In this document: in pieces, positions 17,908 through 26,898 of the stretch
Layout: each line of letters opens with the position of its first letter
Position numbering within the stretch: the first letter of the stretch is position 1
Assembly (NCBI RefSeq): GCF_002075285.3
Contig: NZ_CP021983.2
Location: 900,001 to 932,000 of the forward strand
Direction of reading: 5' to 3'
Source of the DNA: Halomicronema hongdechloris C2206
GTDB taxonomy: Bacteria > Cyanobacteriota > Cyanobacteriia > Phormidesmidales > Phormidesmidaceae
Length of the DNA stretch: 32,000 nt
Translations under genes and position numbers: made by a program
The notes under the pieces: model-generated
Told to the model about the DNA's origin: nothing
The model's input: the letters and a program-made list of their open reading frames with translations, nothing else
The model's database searches: none

Positions 17908-19245
17908 CTAGGCCGACTCAGGCTTGGGTAATGAGGATGGGTGCATCAGTAGTTCTGCTGTCGAACGCTGTTCAACCATTTCCCGGGTGATCGCACAACG
18001 TTTCACATCCTTGCGGGATGGTAACTCATACATCACATCGAGCATTAACTCCTCAATGATGCCACGCAGAGCTCTAGCTCCGGTTTTCCGCCGGTAAGCT
18101 TCTCGAGCGATGGCACGAACTGCGTCCTGCTTAAACTCTAGCTGGACATTGTCCATTCGCATCAGTTTCTGGAATTGTTTCACTAGAGCATTCTTGGGCT
18201 CTGTGAGAATGGCGACCAGGGTATCCTCATCCAACGGATCAACCACTGAAATCGCTGGAATACGACCAATAAATTCCGGAATCAATCCAAACTTGACGAG
18301 ATCCTCAGGTTCCAAATATTTGAGGATATCAGCAGCCCGTTGTTCTCGGGACACCTGATTCTCTCCAGGCTGAACAAAGCCGATAGACTTTTTGCCCAGC
18401 CGCTGTTCCACCATCTTGTCCAGCCCGACGAAAGCACCGCCGCAGATGAACAGAATATTACTGGTGTCAATCTGAATGCAGTCCTGATAAGGATGCTTGC
18501 GTCCTCCCTGGGGAGGAACATTGGCTACAGTCCCTTCCAGCATTTTAAGTAGGGCTTGCTGTACCCCTTCTCCGGAGACATCACGGGTAATTGAAGGATT
18601 CTCACTCTTGCGGGCAATTTTATCAATCTCATCAATGTAGATGATGCCGCGCTGAGCCTCTTCTACATCGAGCTCAGCCACCTGTAACAATCGCAGCAGA
18701 ATATTCTCGACGTCTTCCCCGACATATCCGGCTTCCGTCAGAGTGGTGGCATCCGCCACAGCAAACGGCACATCCAGAATTCGGGCCAGTGTCTGCGCCA
18801 GGAGTGTTTTGCCACAACCGGTCGGGCCAATCAGCAAGATGTTCGACTTCTGCAACTCAATGTTGTCATCTAAAGGATCACTGCCACGATTTTGCAGATA
18901 ACTCAGCCGCTTGTAGTGGTTGTAGACGGCCACCGAGAGCACCTTCTTGGCCTCACTTTGACCAATGACATGCTCATCAAGGTACTTCTTAATTTCCCGC
19001 GGCTTAGGGATTTGACTCAGGGAAATATTGGCAGACGAGCGCCGTCGCTCTGGAGCTGGTTCTCGTTGAGGCACTGGCTGAGAAACTGCAGCACTAGAGT
19101 CAAACAGTTCCTCGTCGAGAATTTCGTTGCACAGGTCCACACACTCGTCACAGATGTAGACTCCCGGCCCCGCAATTAGCTTGCGGACTTGCTCCTGAGA
19201 CTTCCCGCAAAACGAACATTTCAGATGGGAGTCATATTTAGACAT
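17908..19245 (-). CDS. clpX: ATP-dependent Clp protease ATP-binding subunit ClpX
   Basis: N-terminal zinc-binding domain CSFCGK...CDEC, Walker A GPTGCGKT, Walker [10 protein letters not shown], and an IGF-type loop (SIGF). Confidence 0.97.
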   Translation of the reverse strand: MSKYDSHLKCSFCGKSQEQVRKLIAGPGVYICDECVDLCNEILDEELFDSSAAVSQPVPQREPAPERRRSSANISLSQIPKPREIKKYLDEHVIGQSEAKKVLSVAVYNHYKRLSYLQNRGSDPLDDNIELQKSNILLIGPTGCGKTLLAQTLARILDVPFAVADATTLTEAGYVGEDVENILLRLLQVAELDVEEAQRGIIYIDEIDKIARKSENPSITRDVSGEGVQQALLKMLEGTVANVPPQGGRKHPYQDCIQIDTSNILFICGGAFVGLDKMVEQRLGKKSIGFVQPGENQVSREQRAADILKYLEPEDLVKFGLIPEFIGRIPAISVVDPLDEDTLVAILTEPKNALVKQFQKLMRMDNVQLEFKQDAVRAIAREAYRRKTGARALRGIIEELMLDVMYELPSRKDVKRCAITREMVEQRSTAELLMHPSSLPKPESA

Positions 19246-19254
19246 AATGGCCCC

Positions 19255-19866
19255 TTACTTGAGTGCAGTTACGGCCGAACCGTTAGGTATATCCTGTCGC
19301 TGAATGACGTCATCAATTAACTGATAGGCCTTCGCTTCTGCGGCCGACATGTAGAAGTCGCGCTCGGTATCGGTTTCAATGCGCTCAAGCGGTTGTCCGG
19401 TGTGATAGGCAATCAGCTCATTCAACCGCCGCTTATAGTACAAGATCTCTTTGGCCTGAATATCAATGTCCACAGCCTGCCCCTGAATGCCACCCAGGGG
19501 TTGATGGATCATGATACGGGAGCTAGGCAATGATAGCCGCTTGCCTGCAGCTCCGCCACAGAGGAGAAAGGCACCCATGCTAGCAGCAAAGCCAAAGCAG
19601 ATGGTGACAATATCAGGGCGTACCTGCTGCATGGTGTCGTAGATAGCCATGCCCGCTGTCACGGACCCTCCAGGAGAATTGATGTAGAATTGAATATCTT
19701 TTTCCGGATCCTCGGCATCTAGGAACAGCAATTGAGCCACGATCGAATCCGCGACTTCATCGGTGACAGGCATGCCTAGAAAGACAATGCGTTCCCTTAA
19801 CAGGCGAGAATAGATGTCGAAGGCGCGTTCTCCTCGCCCCGATTGCTCTACTACCATGGGTATCAC
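19255..19866 (-). CDS. clpP: ATP-dependent Clp protease proteolytic subunit ClpP
   Basis: Ser-His-Asp protease motifs ([17 protein letters not shown]). The ORF is open to 19962. A GTG at 19866 gives (M)[22 protein letters not shown], which is the usual ClpP N-terminus, so I prefer it. clpX follows 9 nt downstream. Confidence 0.93.
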   Translation of the reverse strand: MIPMVVEQSGRGERAFDIYSRLLRERIVFLGMPVTDEVADSIVAQLLFLDAEDPEKDIQFYINSPGGSVTAGMAIYDTMQQVRPDIVTICFGFAASMGAFLLCGGAAGKRLSLPSSRIMIHQPLGGIQGQAVDIDIQAKEILYYKRRLNELIAYHTGQPLERIETDTERDFYMSAAEAKAYQLIDDVIQRQDIPNGSAVTALK

Positions 19867-20154
19867 CCCATGGGGTGAATGACGACCTGAGGTAACTCGA
19901 CTCAAGCTCGTCACTGTATGAAAATCCGTTGACGAAATCATAGGCTCTAGGTATGCATTCACAAGAAGACGAGGAGACTCATGCAGCAGTACGCATAGTT
20001 CTATACAAGCAGGCAGCGACCCTCCCGAGATTATTATGCCTCAACATTTCATCAGGGCTAATGCGTTGAACCAACCGATGACTCCGTAGGATTTTAATCC
20101 CTCGCCTCCACGCTAGCGGAAATCTAACTGAGATTAGCCTAATGCTACCAATCT

Positions 20155-21639
20155 TTAAGCTTGGCCATCTGATGCCTCCGAATTTTCTGTAACTACCTCG
20201 GCGGTGGCCTCGATCGTGGCATTAGCTGCCGCCACGGTAGCTTCAGTAGTTTCTTCTGACTCAGGCGCTGCTAGCTCCTCAGTGGGATCTATGTCATCAG
20301 CGCCATTGTCATTGTCAGCTAGGGTTCCCTCCGGCACGAGTTCAACCGTGGAGTGCTCTTCCAGCCAGGCCAAGATCTTCTCCTGCAGCAGTTCCTCTTC
20401 TACCACTTGCCGTAGCCGATCGTGATCAATAGCCTCAGGATCACTGACTTCCTCCATCATTTCATCGATGCGGGCCTGAATATCATTCTCATCGATGGTG
20501 ATGGATTCCTGTTTGGCAACTTCTCCCAGGGCCAGGGTAGTTCGCAGCTGCTCGATAGCGTCGGGTCGGGTGCGTTCCCGCATCCCAGCCACCATATCCT
20601 TAGTCAGGAGCTTATTTACGTCAATTCCCTGGCGGCTCAGCTGCATTAAGCTCTGGGTCAGTAAGTAATCGACTTCCCGTTGAATCATGGTATTGGGAAT
20701 CTCAGCCTGGAGATGGGTAACTATTTCATCGAGTAGTGCCTTCTCCTTGTTGGCCTGAGTCTTTTCCTCGGCTTCTTGCCGATATCGCTCCTCCAGGGAA
20801 TTCCGTAACTCTTCCAGGGTTTCGAATTCGCTGATTTCCTGGGCAAAGTCATCATCAAGGTCGGGCAGTTCCTTCTCCTTCACATCTTTCAGGGTAATGG
20901 TGAAGATTGCTGCCTTGCCAGCCAAGTCTTCTTGGGGATACTCGTCGGGGAAGGTTACCTCGACATCTCGGGTGTCATCGATCGCCATGCCGACAATGCC
21001 TTGAACAAAGCCTTCAATAAAGCGCCCTTCTTGAATTTCGATTTCAAAGTCTTCAGCACTACCTCCAGGGAATTCAGTGAGTTCACCATCTTTTCCCTGC
21101 ACCTTACCGACAAAGTCAATGACAGCGACGTCCCCCATTTGAGCGGGACGATCTTCAACGGGAACTAGGGTGGCTTGGTTGAGTCGATATTGTTCTAATG
21201 TATCTTCAACTCGCTGGGCATCATACTGTACTTCCTCTGCCTGAACCGTTAAGCCCTTATATTGGTCTAAGGACACGCGGGGAGGCACATCTACAGAAGC
21301 TTGGATGGTCAAAGCTTGGCCAGGCTCGAATTGTTGAACCAGCTGCTCGAAGGAGGACGTGAGTTGATAATTGCCGATGGCCTCAATATCTGCTTGCTTG
21401 ATGGCTTCATCGACAGCCTCTTGCACCAGTTCTTCTAGAACAGCAGCTTTGAACTGGCCAACCCCTACTCGTTGCAAGAAAACCTGCCGCGGCACTTTAC
21501 CCTTGCGGAAGCCAGGAATATTGACCGATCTCATGTATTTCTGCAGCACCTTATCGTAGGTCTGCTTTGACATTTCTGGAGTGACCTCGATTTCTAGGCC
21601 AACCTGGCTATCGGGCAGTATTTCCTGGGTAACTTTCAT
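20155..21639 (-). CDS. tig: Trigger factor (ribosome-associated PPIase chaperone)
   Basis: MKVTQEILPDSQVGLEIEV start, ribosome-binding motif GFRKGKVP, a central FKBP-type domain and an acidic C-terminal tail. ATG at 21639 is preferred over the TTG at 21651. The conserved order tig-clpP-clpX is present. Confidence 0.95.
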   Translation of the reverse strand: MKVTQEILPDSQVGLEIEVTPEMSKQTYDKVLQKYMRSVNIPGFRKGKVPRQVFLQRVGVGQFKAAVLEELVQEAVDEAIKQADIEAIGNYQLTSSFEQLVQQFEPGQALTIQASVDVPPRVSLDQYKGLTVQAEEVQYDAQRVEDTLEQYRLNQATLVPVEDRPAQMGDVAVIDFVGKVQGKDGELTEFPGGSAEDFEIEIQEGRFIEGFVQGIVGMAIDDTRDVEVTFPDEYPQEDLAGKAAIFTITLKDVKEKELPDLDDDFAQEISEFETLEELRNSLEERYRQEAEEKTQANKEKALLDEIVTHLQAEIPNTMIQREVDYLLTQSLMQLSRQGIDVNKLLTKDMVAGMRERTRPDAIEQLRTTLALGEVAKQESITIDENDIQARIDEMMEEVSDPEAIDHDRLRQVVEEELLQEKILAWLEEHSTVELVPEGTLADNDNGADDIDPTEELAAPESEETTEATVAAANATIEATAEVVTENSEASDGQA

Positions 21640-21967
21640 TGAAGCTCTCAAACAACATCCATGCGTGGGGCCAGGAATGACACCATCACAATTATCACGC
21701 GATTAGCTATCATAGCGGATCCTCGGGCCAGGTGAGCAGGGTGCTCAGCCCAGGATACAGACAGAGGTCCCTGAGGTGCCCTTGGCTAGCTCCACTGTGG
21801 ACTGTCGTAGCGACTTCCTGGTGCCTTTAGACTTCTTCAACATTCCAATTCGTCAATGGCTGGATTTGGTAAGGTATCTGCCAAGATATCTATGTGTATT
21901 GTATGGTGATGACTTCGGTGGATTGTCCGGGGTAGTTGTTTGCGGCTAATCACAGGAGGATTTTGGT

Positions 21968-23002
21968 TTGGCTCAGGCTTATCGTGTCGCTATTTTGGGG
22001 GCCACTGGTGCCGTTGGCACAGAGTTGCTTAGCTTACTAGAGCAGCGCAATTTCCCTGTAGCTGATTTGAGATTATTAGCCTCTGAGCGCTCTGCAGGTG
22101 TCAGTCGTACCTTTGGGGGGAAATCACTGACCGTTGAAGCGTTAGGCCCGCACTCCTTCGACGGAGTCGATCTAGTCCTGGCATCAGCAGGGGCTACTAT
22201 CTCACGGCAGTGGGCACCTAGGGCGGTGGAGGCAGGTGCCGTGGTAGTTGATAATTCTAGTGCCTTTCGTATGGATCCCCAGGTGCCCTTGGTGGTACCT
22301 GAGGTAAATCCGAATGCGGCGGCAACCCACGCTGGCGTTATCGCCAACCCCAATTGCACTACTATCCTAATGGCTTTGGCTGTGTGGCCACTGCATCAAG
22401 TGCAACCGGTGCAGCGGCTAGTGGTGGCAACGTATCAGTCTGCCAGTGGGGCAGGAGCCAGAGCCATGGAGGAGGTAAAACAGCAGGCTGCAGCCATATT
22501 GGCCGACCAACTTCCTCCGACTGAGGCGTTTCCCTATCCCCTAGCCTTCAATTTGTTTCCTCACAACTCTCCTGTGAATGAGCAGGGATACTGCCAAGAG
22601 GAGATGAAAATGGTCAACGAGACGCGCAAGATTTTTGCTGCCCCGGATCTACGAATTTCGGCGACCTGCGTGCGAGTACCTGTGTTGAGAGCTCACTCCG
22701 AGGCGATTAATTTAGAATTTTCGACTCCCTTTGCCCCTAAGCGTGCCCGAGAATTGTTGGGACAGTTTCCAGGCGTCAGGCTCGTGGAAGATTGGCAAGC
22801 CAACCATTTCCCTATGCCCATAGAGGCTAGTGGCCAAGATGATGTGTTGGTGGGTCGCATCCGTCAGGATCTCTCCCATGCCAATGGGTTAGAACTTTGG
22901 CTGTGTGGTGATCAGATTCGTAAGGGTGCTGCCCTCAACGCCGTTCAGATTGCTGAGTTGTTGGTGGCTAAGCAATGGCTTGGAGTCCCAACACCGGTTT
23001 GA
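21968..23002 (+). CDS. asd: Aspartate-semialdehyde dehydrogenase
   Basis: VAILGATGAVG NAD(P) motif, active-site Cys in ANPNCTT, and QSASGAG. The TTG start is preceded by AGGAGG (21954-21959). Confidence 0.94.
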   Translation: MAQAYRVAILGATGAVGTELLSLLEQRNFPVADLRLLASERSAGVSRTFGGKSLTVEALGPHSFDGVDLVLASAGATISRQWAPRAVEAGAVVVDNSSAFRMDPQVPLVVPEVNPNAAATHAGVIANPNCTTILMALAVWPLHQVQPVQRLVVATYQSASGAGARAMEEVKQQAAAILADQLPPTEAFPYPLAFNLFPHNSPVNEQGYCQEEMKMVNETRKIFAAPDLRISATCVRVPVLRAHSEAINLEFSTPFAPKRARELLGQFPGVRLVEDWQANHFPMPIEASGQDDVLVGRIRQDLSHANGLELWLCGDQIRKGAALNAVQIAELLVAKQWLGVPTPV

Positions 23003-23207
23003 TTGGCAAATTTTTGATTGACAAAATGCAGCCACATAGCCTGACGTCGAATAACCCTCTATCCTACCTGAGTCTATCTGGTATGCTGCTGGCGGAGCGA
23101 TCGGACAACAATTAGGGAAATTACGGTGGTTGGTGGCTCGTCAGAGGCTGACCTAATGTGCGATAACACAAGAGACGACCTGGTTTAAGTAAAGGAGCTC
23201 AGCGAGC

Positions 23208-24104
23208 GTGACAGTTTTTGGGCGGATACTAACGGCAATGGTGACGCCATTTACGGCAGAAGGTGCGGTTAGTTATTCGACTGCTGAAGCGTTGGCTTCC
23301 CATTTGGTTGCCCATGGCAGCGACGCATTGGTAGTTTGTGGCACCACTGGTGAGTCGCCAACGCTGACATGGGATGAAGAATATCAGTTGTTTAGGGCAG
23401 TGCAGCAGGCAGTGGCTGGCAAGGCTATGGTGATTGCGGGCACTGGCTCTAATTCTACCCATGAAGCTATTGAGGCAACCCGCAAGGCAGCGGCATTGGG
23501 GCTAGACGGCTCTCTGCAGGTGGTACCCTATTACAATAAGCCTCCTCAAGAGGGGTTGTATCGGCATTTTTGTGCGATCGCACAAGCCGTCCCAGACCTG
23601 CCCTTGATGCTGTATAACATTCCTGGCCGCACTAGCTGTAACCTGGCAGTGGACACAGTAGCTCGACTGGCAGAGATTCCCAATATTGTCGCAATTAAGG
23701 AAGCCAGTGGTAGTCTAGATCATGTTAGTCAGATTCGACGCTCCACTCCAGAAGCATTTGCCCTGTATTCAGGGGATGATTCGTTAACCTTACCGTTACT
23801 GGCTGTCGGTGGCAGCGGCGTGGTGAGTGTAGCTAGTCACCTGGTAGGTGATCAGCTACAGCAAATGGTTCAAGCATTCACGGCAGGACAGATCAAGGGT
23901 GCTACCCAGATTCATCTGCAGCTTCTGCCTCTCTTTAGAGTTCTGTTTGCTACGACGAATCCCATTCCTGTGAAAGCAGCCTTGGCAATACAGGGATGGC
24001 AGGTTGGAACGGTCCGCTCACCCTTGAGCCCTCCGACCAAGGAGATAGAGCAGGCCATTAAGGCGGTATTAGATGAGCTGGCGCATCAATCCGAGATCTC
24101 GTAG
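23208..24104 (+). CDS. dapA: 4-hydroxy-tetrahydrodipicolinate synthase
   Basis: [28 protein letters not shown], and the Schiff-base Lys context VAIKEASG. The GTG start is preceded by AAAGGAG. Confidence 0.95.
   Translation: MTVFGRILTAMVTPFTAEGAVSYSTAEALASHLVAHGSDALVVCGTTGESPTLTWDEEYQLFRAVQQAVAGKAMVIAGTGSNSTHEAIEATRKAAALGLDGSLQVVPYYNKPPQEGLYRHFCAIAQAVPDLPLMLYNIPGRTSCNLAVDTVARLAEIPNIVAIKEASGSLDHVSQIRRSTPEAFALYSGDDSLTLPLLAVGGSGVVSVASHLVGDQLQQMVQAFTAGQIKGATQIHLQLLPLFRVLFATTNPIPVKAALAIQGWQVGTVRSPLSPPTKEIEQAIKAVLDELAHQSEIS
23574..23581. repeat. HIP1 palindrome GCGATCGC
   Basis: Exact match read from the sequence. Confidence 0.95.
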
Positions 24105-24577
24105 GGATAGCCAACCTCAGCATTTTAAGTTTCCTGACAATTGAATAGTGTGTGTTGTTTACGTTTGGAGGGATCTCTGTCTCACAGTCTCAGTTAGTTA
24201 TCTAAGTTAGTTACCTAGTCGTGTATGGCTGATTTTTTTGCTGGGAGAGATTAGGCTCAGAGTCGAGTGTTGGCCTCCTTCTCCCATCAAGGAGAATCTA
24301 GCAAGCTGGGTACTCACTAGGTTTAGGTAGGTGGTGTAGAGCTTGCTGTATGGCCACGACTGCTCTCGGATAGTCCTGAAATTGTGGCCGCGAGGCGACG
24401 TCACCGGTGCATGGGCTATTTGGATCGGGCGCTCGCTGCAAAGCGATGTCAAAGTCTTGATCAATCGCGGTATCTACCGACGCTTAGGTGCTGACGAGGA
24501 TGTAGGTATCCTCTAATCCTGGCTGTATTAAGTTTCCCTTTGTTCATCTAAACCTGTACTGAACCTGAATTACTTGT

Positions 24578-26335
24578 ATGAATCAATCCCAATCGAATCC
24601 CGCGTTGAAAGTAATTCCCCTAGGGGGATTGCACGAAATTGGTAAGAACACCTGCGTGTTCGAGATCAATGACGAAATCATGCTCTTGGATGCGGGATTG
24701 GCATTTCCGACGGATGGCATGCATGGGGTTAACATTGTGCTGCCCGACGTTACCTATCTGCGTGAAAACCGTCACAAGATCAAAGGTATGATTGTCACCC
24801 ATGGTCATGAGGATCACATCGGTGGCATTCCCTTTCACTTGAAGCAGTTCGATATTCCCGTTATCTATGGTCCTCGCCTGGCAATGGCCCTACTGGAGGG
24901 CAAGCTAGAAGAGGCAGGCGTGTCGGATCGCACCGAACTGCGTACCGTTCGTCCCCGTGAAATCGTGCGGGTGGGTAAATCCTTTTTAGTGGAGTATATT
25001 CGCAATACCCACTCCATTGCCGATAGCTTCACAGTTGCCATTCATACCCCTGTGGGCATCGTGGTCCACAGTGGCGACTTTAAAGTAGACCACACTCCTG
25101 TGGATGGTGAGTATTTCGATTTCCAAAAATTGGCTGAATATGGTGAACGAGGGGTACTCTGCCTCATCAGTGATTCCACCAATGCCGAGGTGCCAGGTCA
25201 TACCCCTTCCGAACGATCTGTGTATCCGAACTTGGCTCGTATCTTTAGCCAGGCGTCAGGGCGTCTCTTGGTAACGACCTTTGCCTCCTCAGTTCACCGA
25301 GTCAATATGATTCTGGATTTGGCTCAGCAACAGGAGCGCTCAGTCTTTGTCGTGGGGCGCTCGATGTTGAATGTCATTGCCCACGCTCGCAATCTAGGGT
25401 ACATCAAGTGCGAGGATAAGCTGTTCCAGCCCCTGCGTAATCTGAACCAGTGCCCCGACGACAAGACTTTGATTTTAACAACGGGATCCCAGGGAGAGCC
25501 CATGGCGGCGTTGACTCGCATTGCCAATGGCTCTCACCGACAGATCAAGATTCGCCAGGGAGATACTGTTGTCTTCTCGGCCAATCCAATTCCAGGCAAT
25601 ACCATCGCCGTGGTTAACACCATCGACAAACTGATGATGCAGGGGGCGACGGTCATCTATGGCAAAGATAAAGGTATTCACGTCTCTGGCCACGGTGCCC
25701 AAGAAGATCAAAAACTGATGTTGGCGCTGACTCGACCTCGGTTTTTCTTGCCGGTTCATGGAGAACACCGGATGCTTGTACGCCATGCCGAAACGGCTCG
25801 AAGTATGGGCATTCCGGCTGAGAACATGGTCATTATTCAAAATGGCGATGTGGTAGAAGTGTCTCAGTCCAGTATCCAAGTGGGCAGTCAGGTGCCCTCC
25901 GGCATTGAGTTGGTTGACTCAGCTCGTCAGGGGGTTGGCCGTGATACTTTACGGGAGCGGCAACAGCTGGCGGAAGATGGACTGGTGACCGTCGCCGCTG
26001 TGATCACAGAGTCCGGGAGACTGATGACTCCACCGGCAGTGTATCTCCGGGGTGTTGCTAAGCCTATCGATCAAACCCGCCTACAGCGAGACGTGCAGTC
26101 GCGAATCGAGGCTGTATTACAAACCCGTTGGTCAGAGATGATGTGCGATCGCACCCAAGCCGGTGGGCCGGTCGATTGGCAGGCTCTGCAAGGTGCCCTC
26201 GAAACCGATCTACGGCGCATGCTACGCAAGCAACTGGCTAAGACGGATCCACTGGTGGTGGTCATGGTGCACCCAATCTCTCTACGCTCCCAAGTCTCAG
26301 ACTCTACACCAGTAGCGGCTGCATCTGCCTCTTGA
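24578..26335 (+). CDS. rnj: Ribonuclease J (metallo-beta-lactamase / beta-CASP family)
   Basis: LGGLHEIGKN, HxHxDH motif THGHEDHIGG, the beta-CASP region and HVSGHG. From memory, the asd-dapA-rnj order also occurs in other cyanobacteria. Confidence 0.94.
   Translation: MNQSQSNPALKVIPLGGLHEIGKNTCVFEINDEIMLLDAGLAFPTDGMHGVNIVLPDVTYLRENRHKIKGMIVTHGHEDHIGGIPFHLKQFDIPVIYGPRLAMALLEGKLEEAGVSDRTELRTVRPREIVRVGKSFLVEYIRNTHSIADSFTVAIHTPVGIVVHSGDFKVDHTPVDGEYFDFQKLAEYGERGVLCLISDSTNAEVPGHTPSERSVYPNLARIFSQASGRLLVTTFASSVHRVNMILDLAQQQERSVFVVGRSMLNVIAHARNLGYIKCEDKLFQPLRNLNQCPDDKTLILTTGSQGEPMAALTRIANGSHRQIKIRQGDTVVFSANPIPGNTIAVVNTIDKLMMQGATVIYGKDKGIHVSGHGAQEDQKLMLALTRPRFFLPVHGEHRMLVRHAETARSMGIPAENMVIIQNGDVVEVSQSSIQVGSQVPSGIELVDSARQGVGRDTLRERQQLAEDGLVTVAAVITESGRLMTPPAVYLRGVAKPIDQTRLQRDVQSRIEAVLQTRWSEMMCDRTQAGGPVDWQALQGALETDLRRMLRKQLAKTDPLVVVMVHPISLRSQVSDSTPVAAASAS
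26145..26152. repeat. HIP1 palindrome GCGATCGC
   Basis: Exact match read from the sequence. Confidence 0.95.
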
Positions 26336-26489
26336 GGCCAGCATCAATGGCTGACCCTCGTCAAGCAGCATGGGGGCGGCCACGATCGACCCCTACGCTT
26401 TTCCTCACGCTTTAGCACAATTCGTGCAAATTCTAGTGATTTATGATAGAAAGAAGTCAACTTGAGTAGTCTGGATGCAAACTTAGCGC

Positions 26490-26495
26490 TATAAT
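26490..26495 (+). promoter_or_regulatory. Candidate -10 box (TATAAT) for rne
   Basis: This is a perfect TATAAT about 400 nt upstream of the rne ATG. There is no convincing -35 at 17-nt spacing. It is sequence-only evidence. Confidence 0.3.
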
Positions 26496-26898
26496 GCGTG
26501 GCAGCAGGAGTTGTTACGTTGGGTAGCTAGAGTTAAGCTACCAGTCATTCAGTCATCTGCGAGTGCTGAATATACTCGAGGGCTTCTGTCAGAATTCTTG
26601 TTCAACCCATACAAGGTCTTGGCAAAGGCAGCAGTCTGTGGATAGTCGTTGTTGCTAGTCTATCGAACGATTAGCCCAGCGGCTCAGGGGCAAACTCCAA
26701 ATCCTGAAGGGACCAGTAGCATCACAGGGATATGCACTGTAGCTATCTCGTGGCTTGTGTTTGTCATTGCCCCTAGATATTCTCAGACCCGAATATGTCG
26801 ATGATTTGTTACTTACTGAGTAATTTAGACACCAGAACGGATCGACCATGGCATAGGGAATCGATTGCCAGGACTGGTGAGAGCTTTGAGGAAATTGA

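Noticed and set aside
21979-22359. 126-aa minus-strand ORF inside asd
   Set aside because: It is antisense to asd, so it is a shadow ORF.
24207-24464. 85-aa minus-strand ORF in the dapA-rnj spacer
   Set aside because: It has no SD, an odd composition and no motif. I interpret the region as the rnj leader instead.
25475-25879. 134-aa minus-strand ORF inside rnj
   Set aside because: It is antisense to the beta-CASP region of RNase J, so it is a shadow ORF.
26655-26849. 64-aa minus-strand ORF in the rne leader
   Set aside because: It has no SD or motif and lies in the region expected to be the rne 5' UTR.
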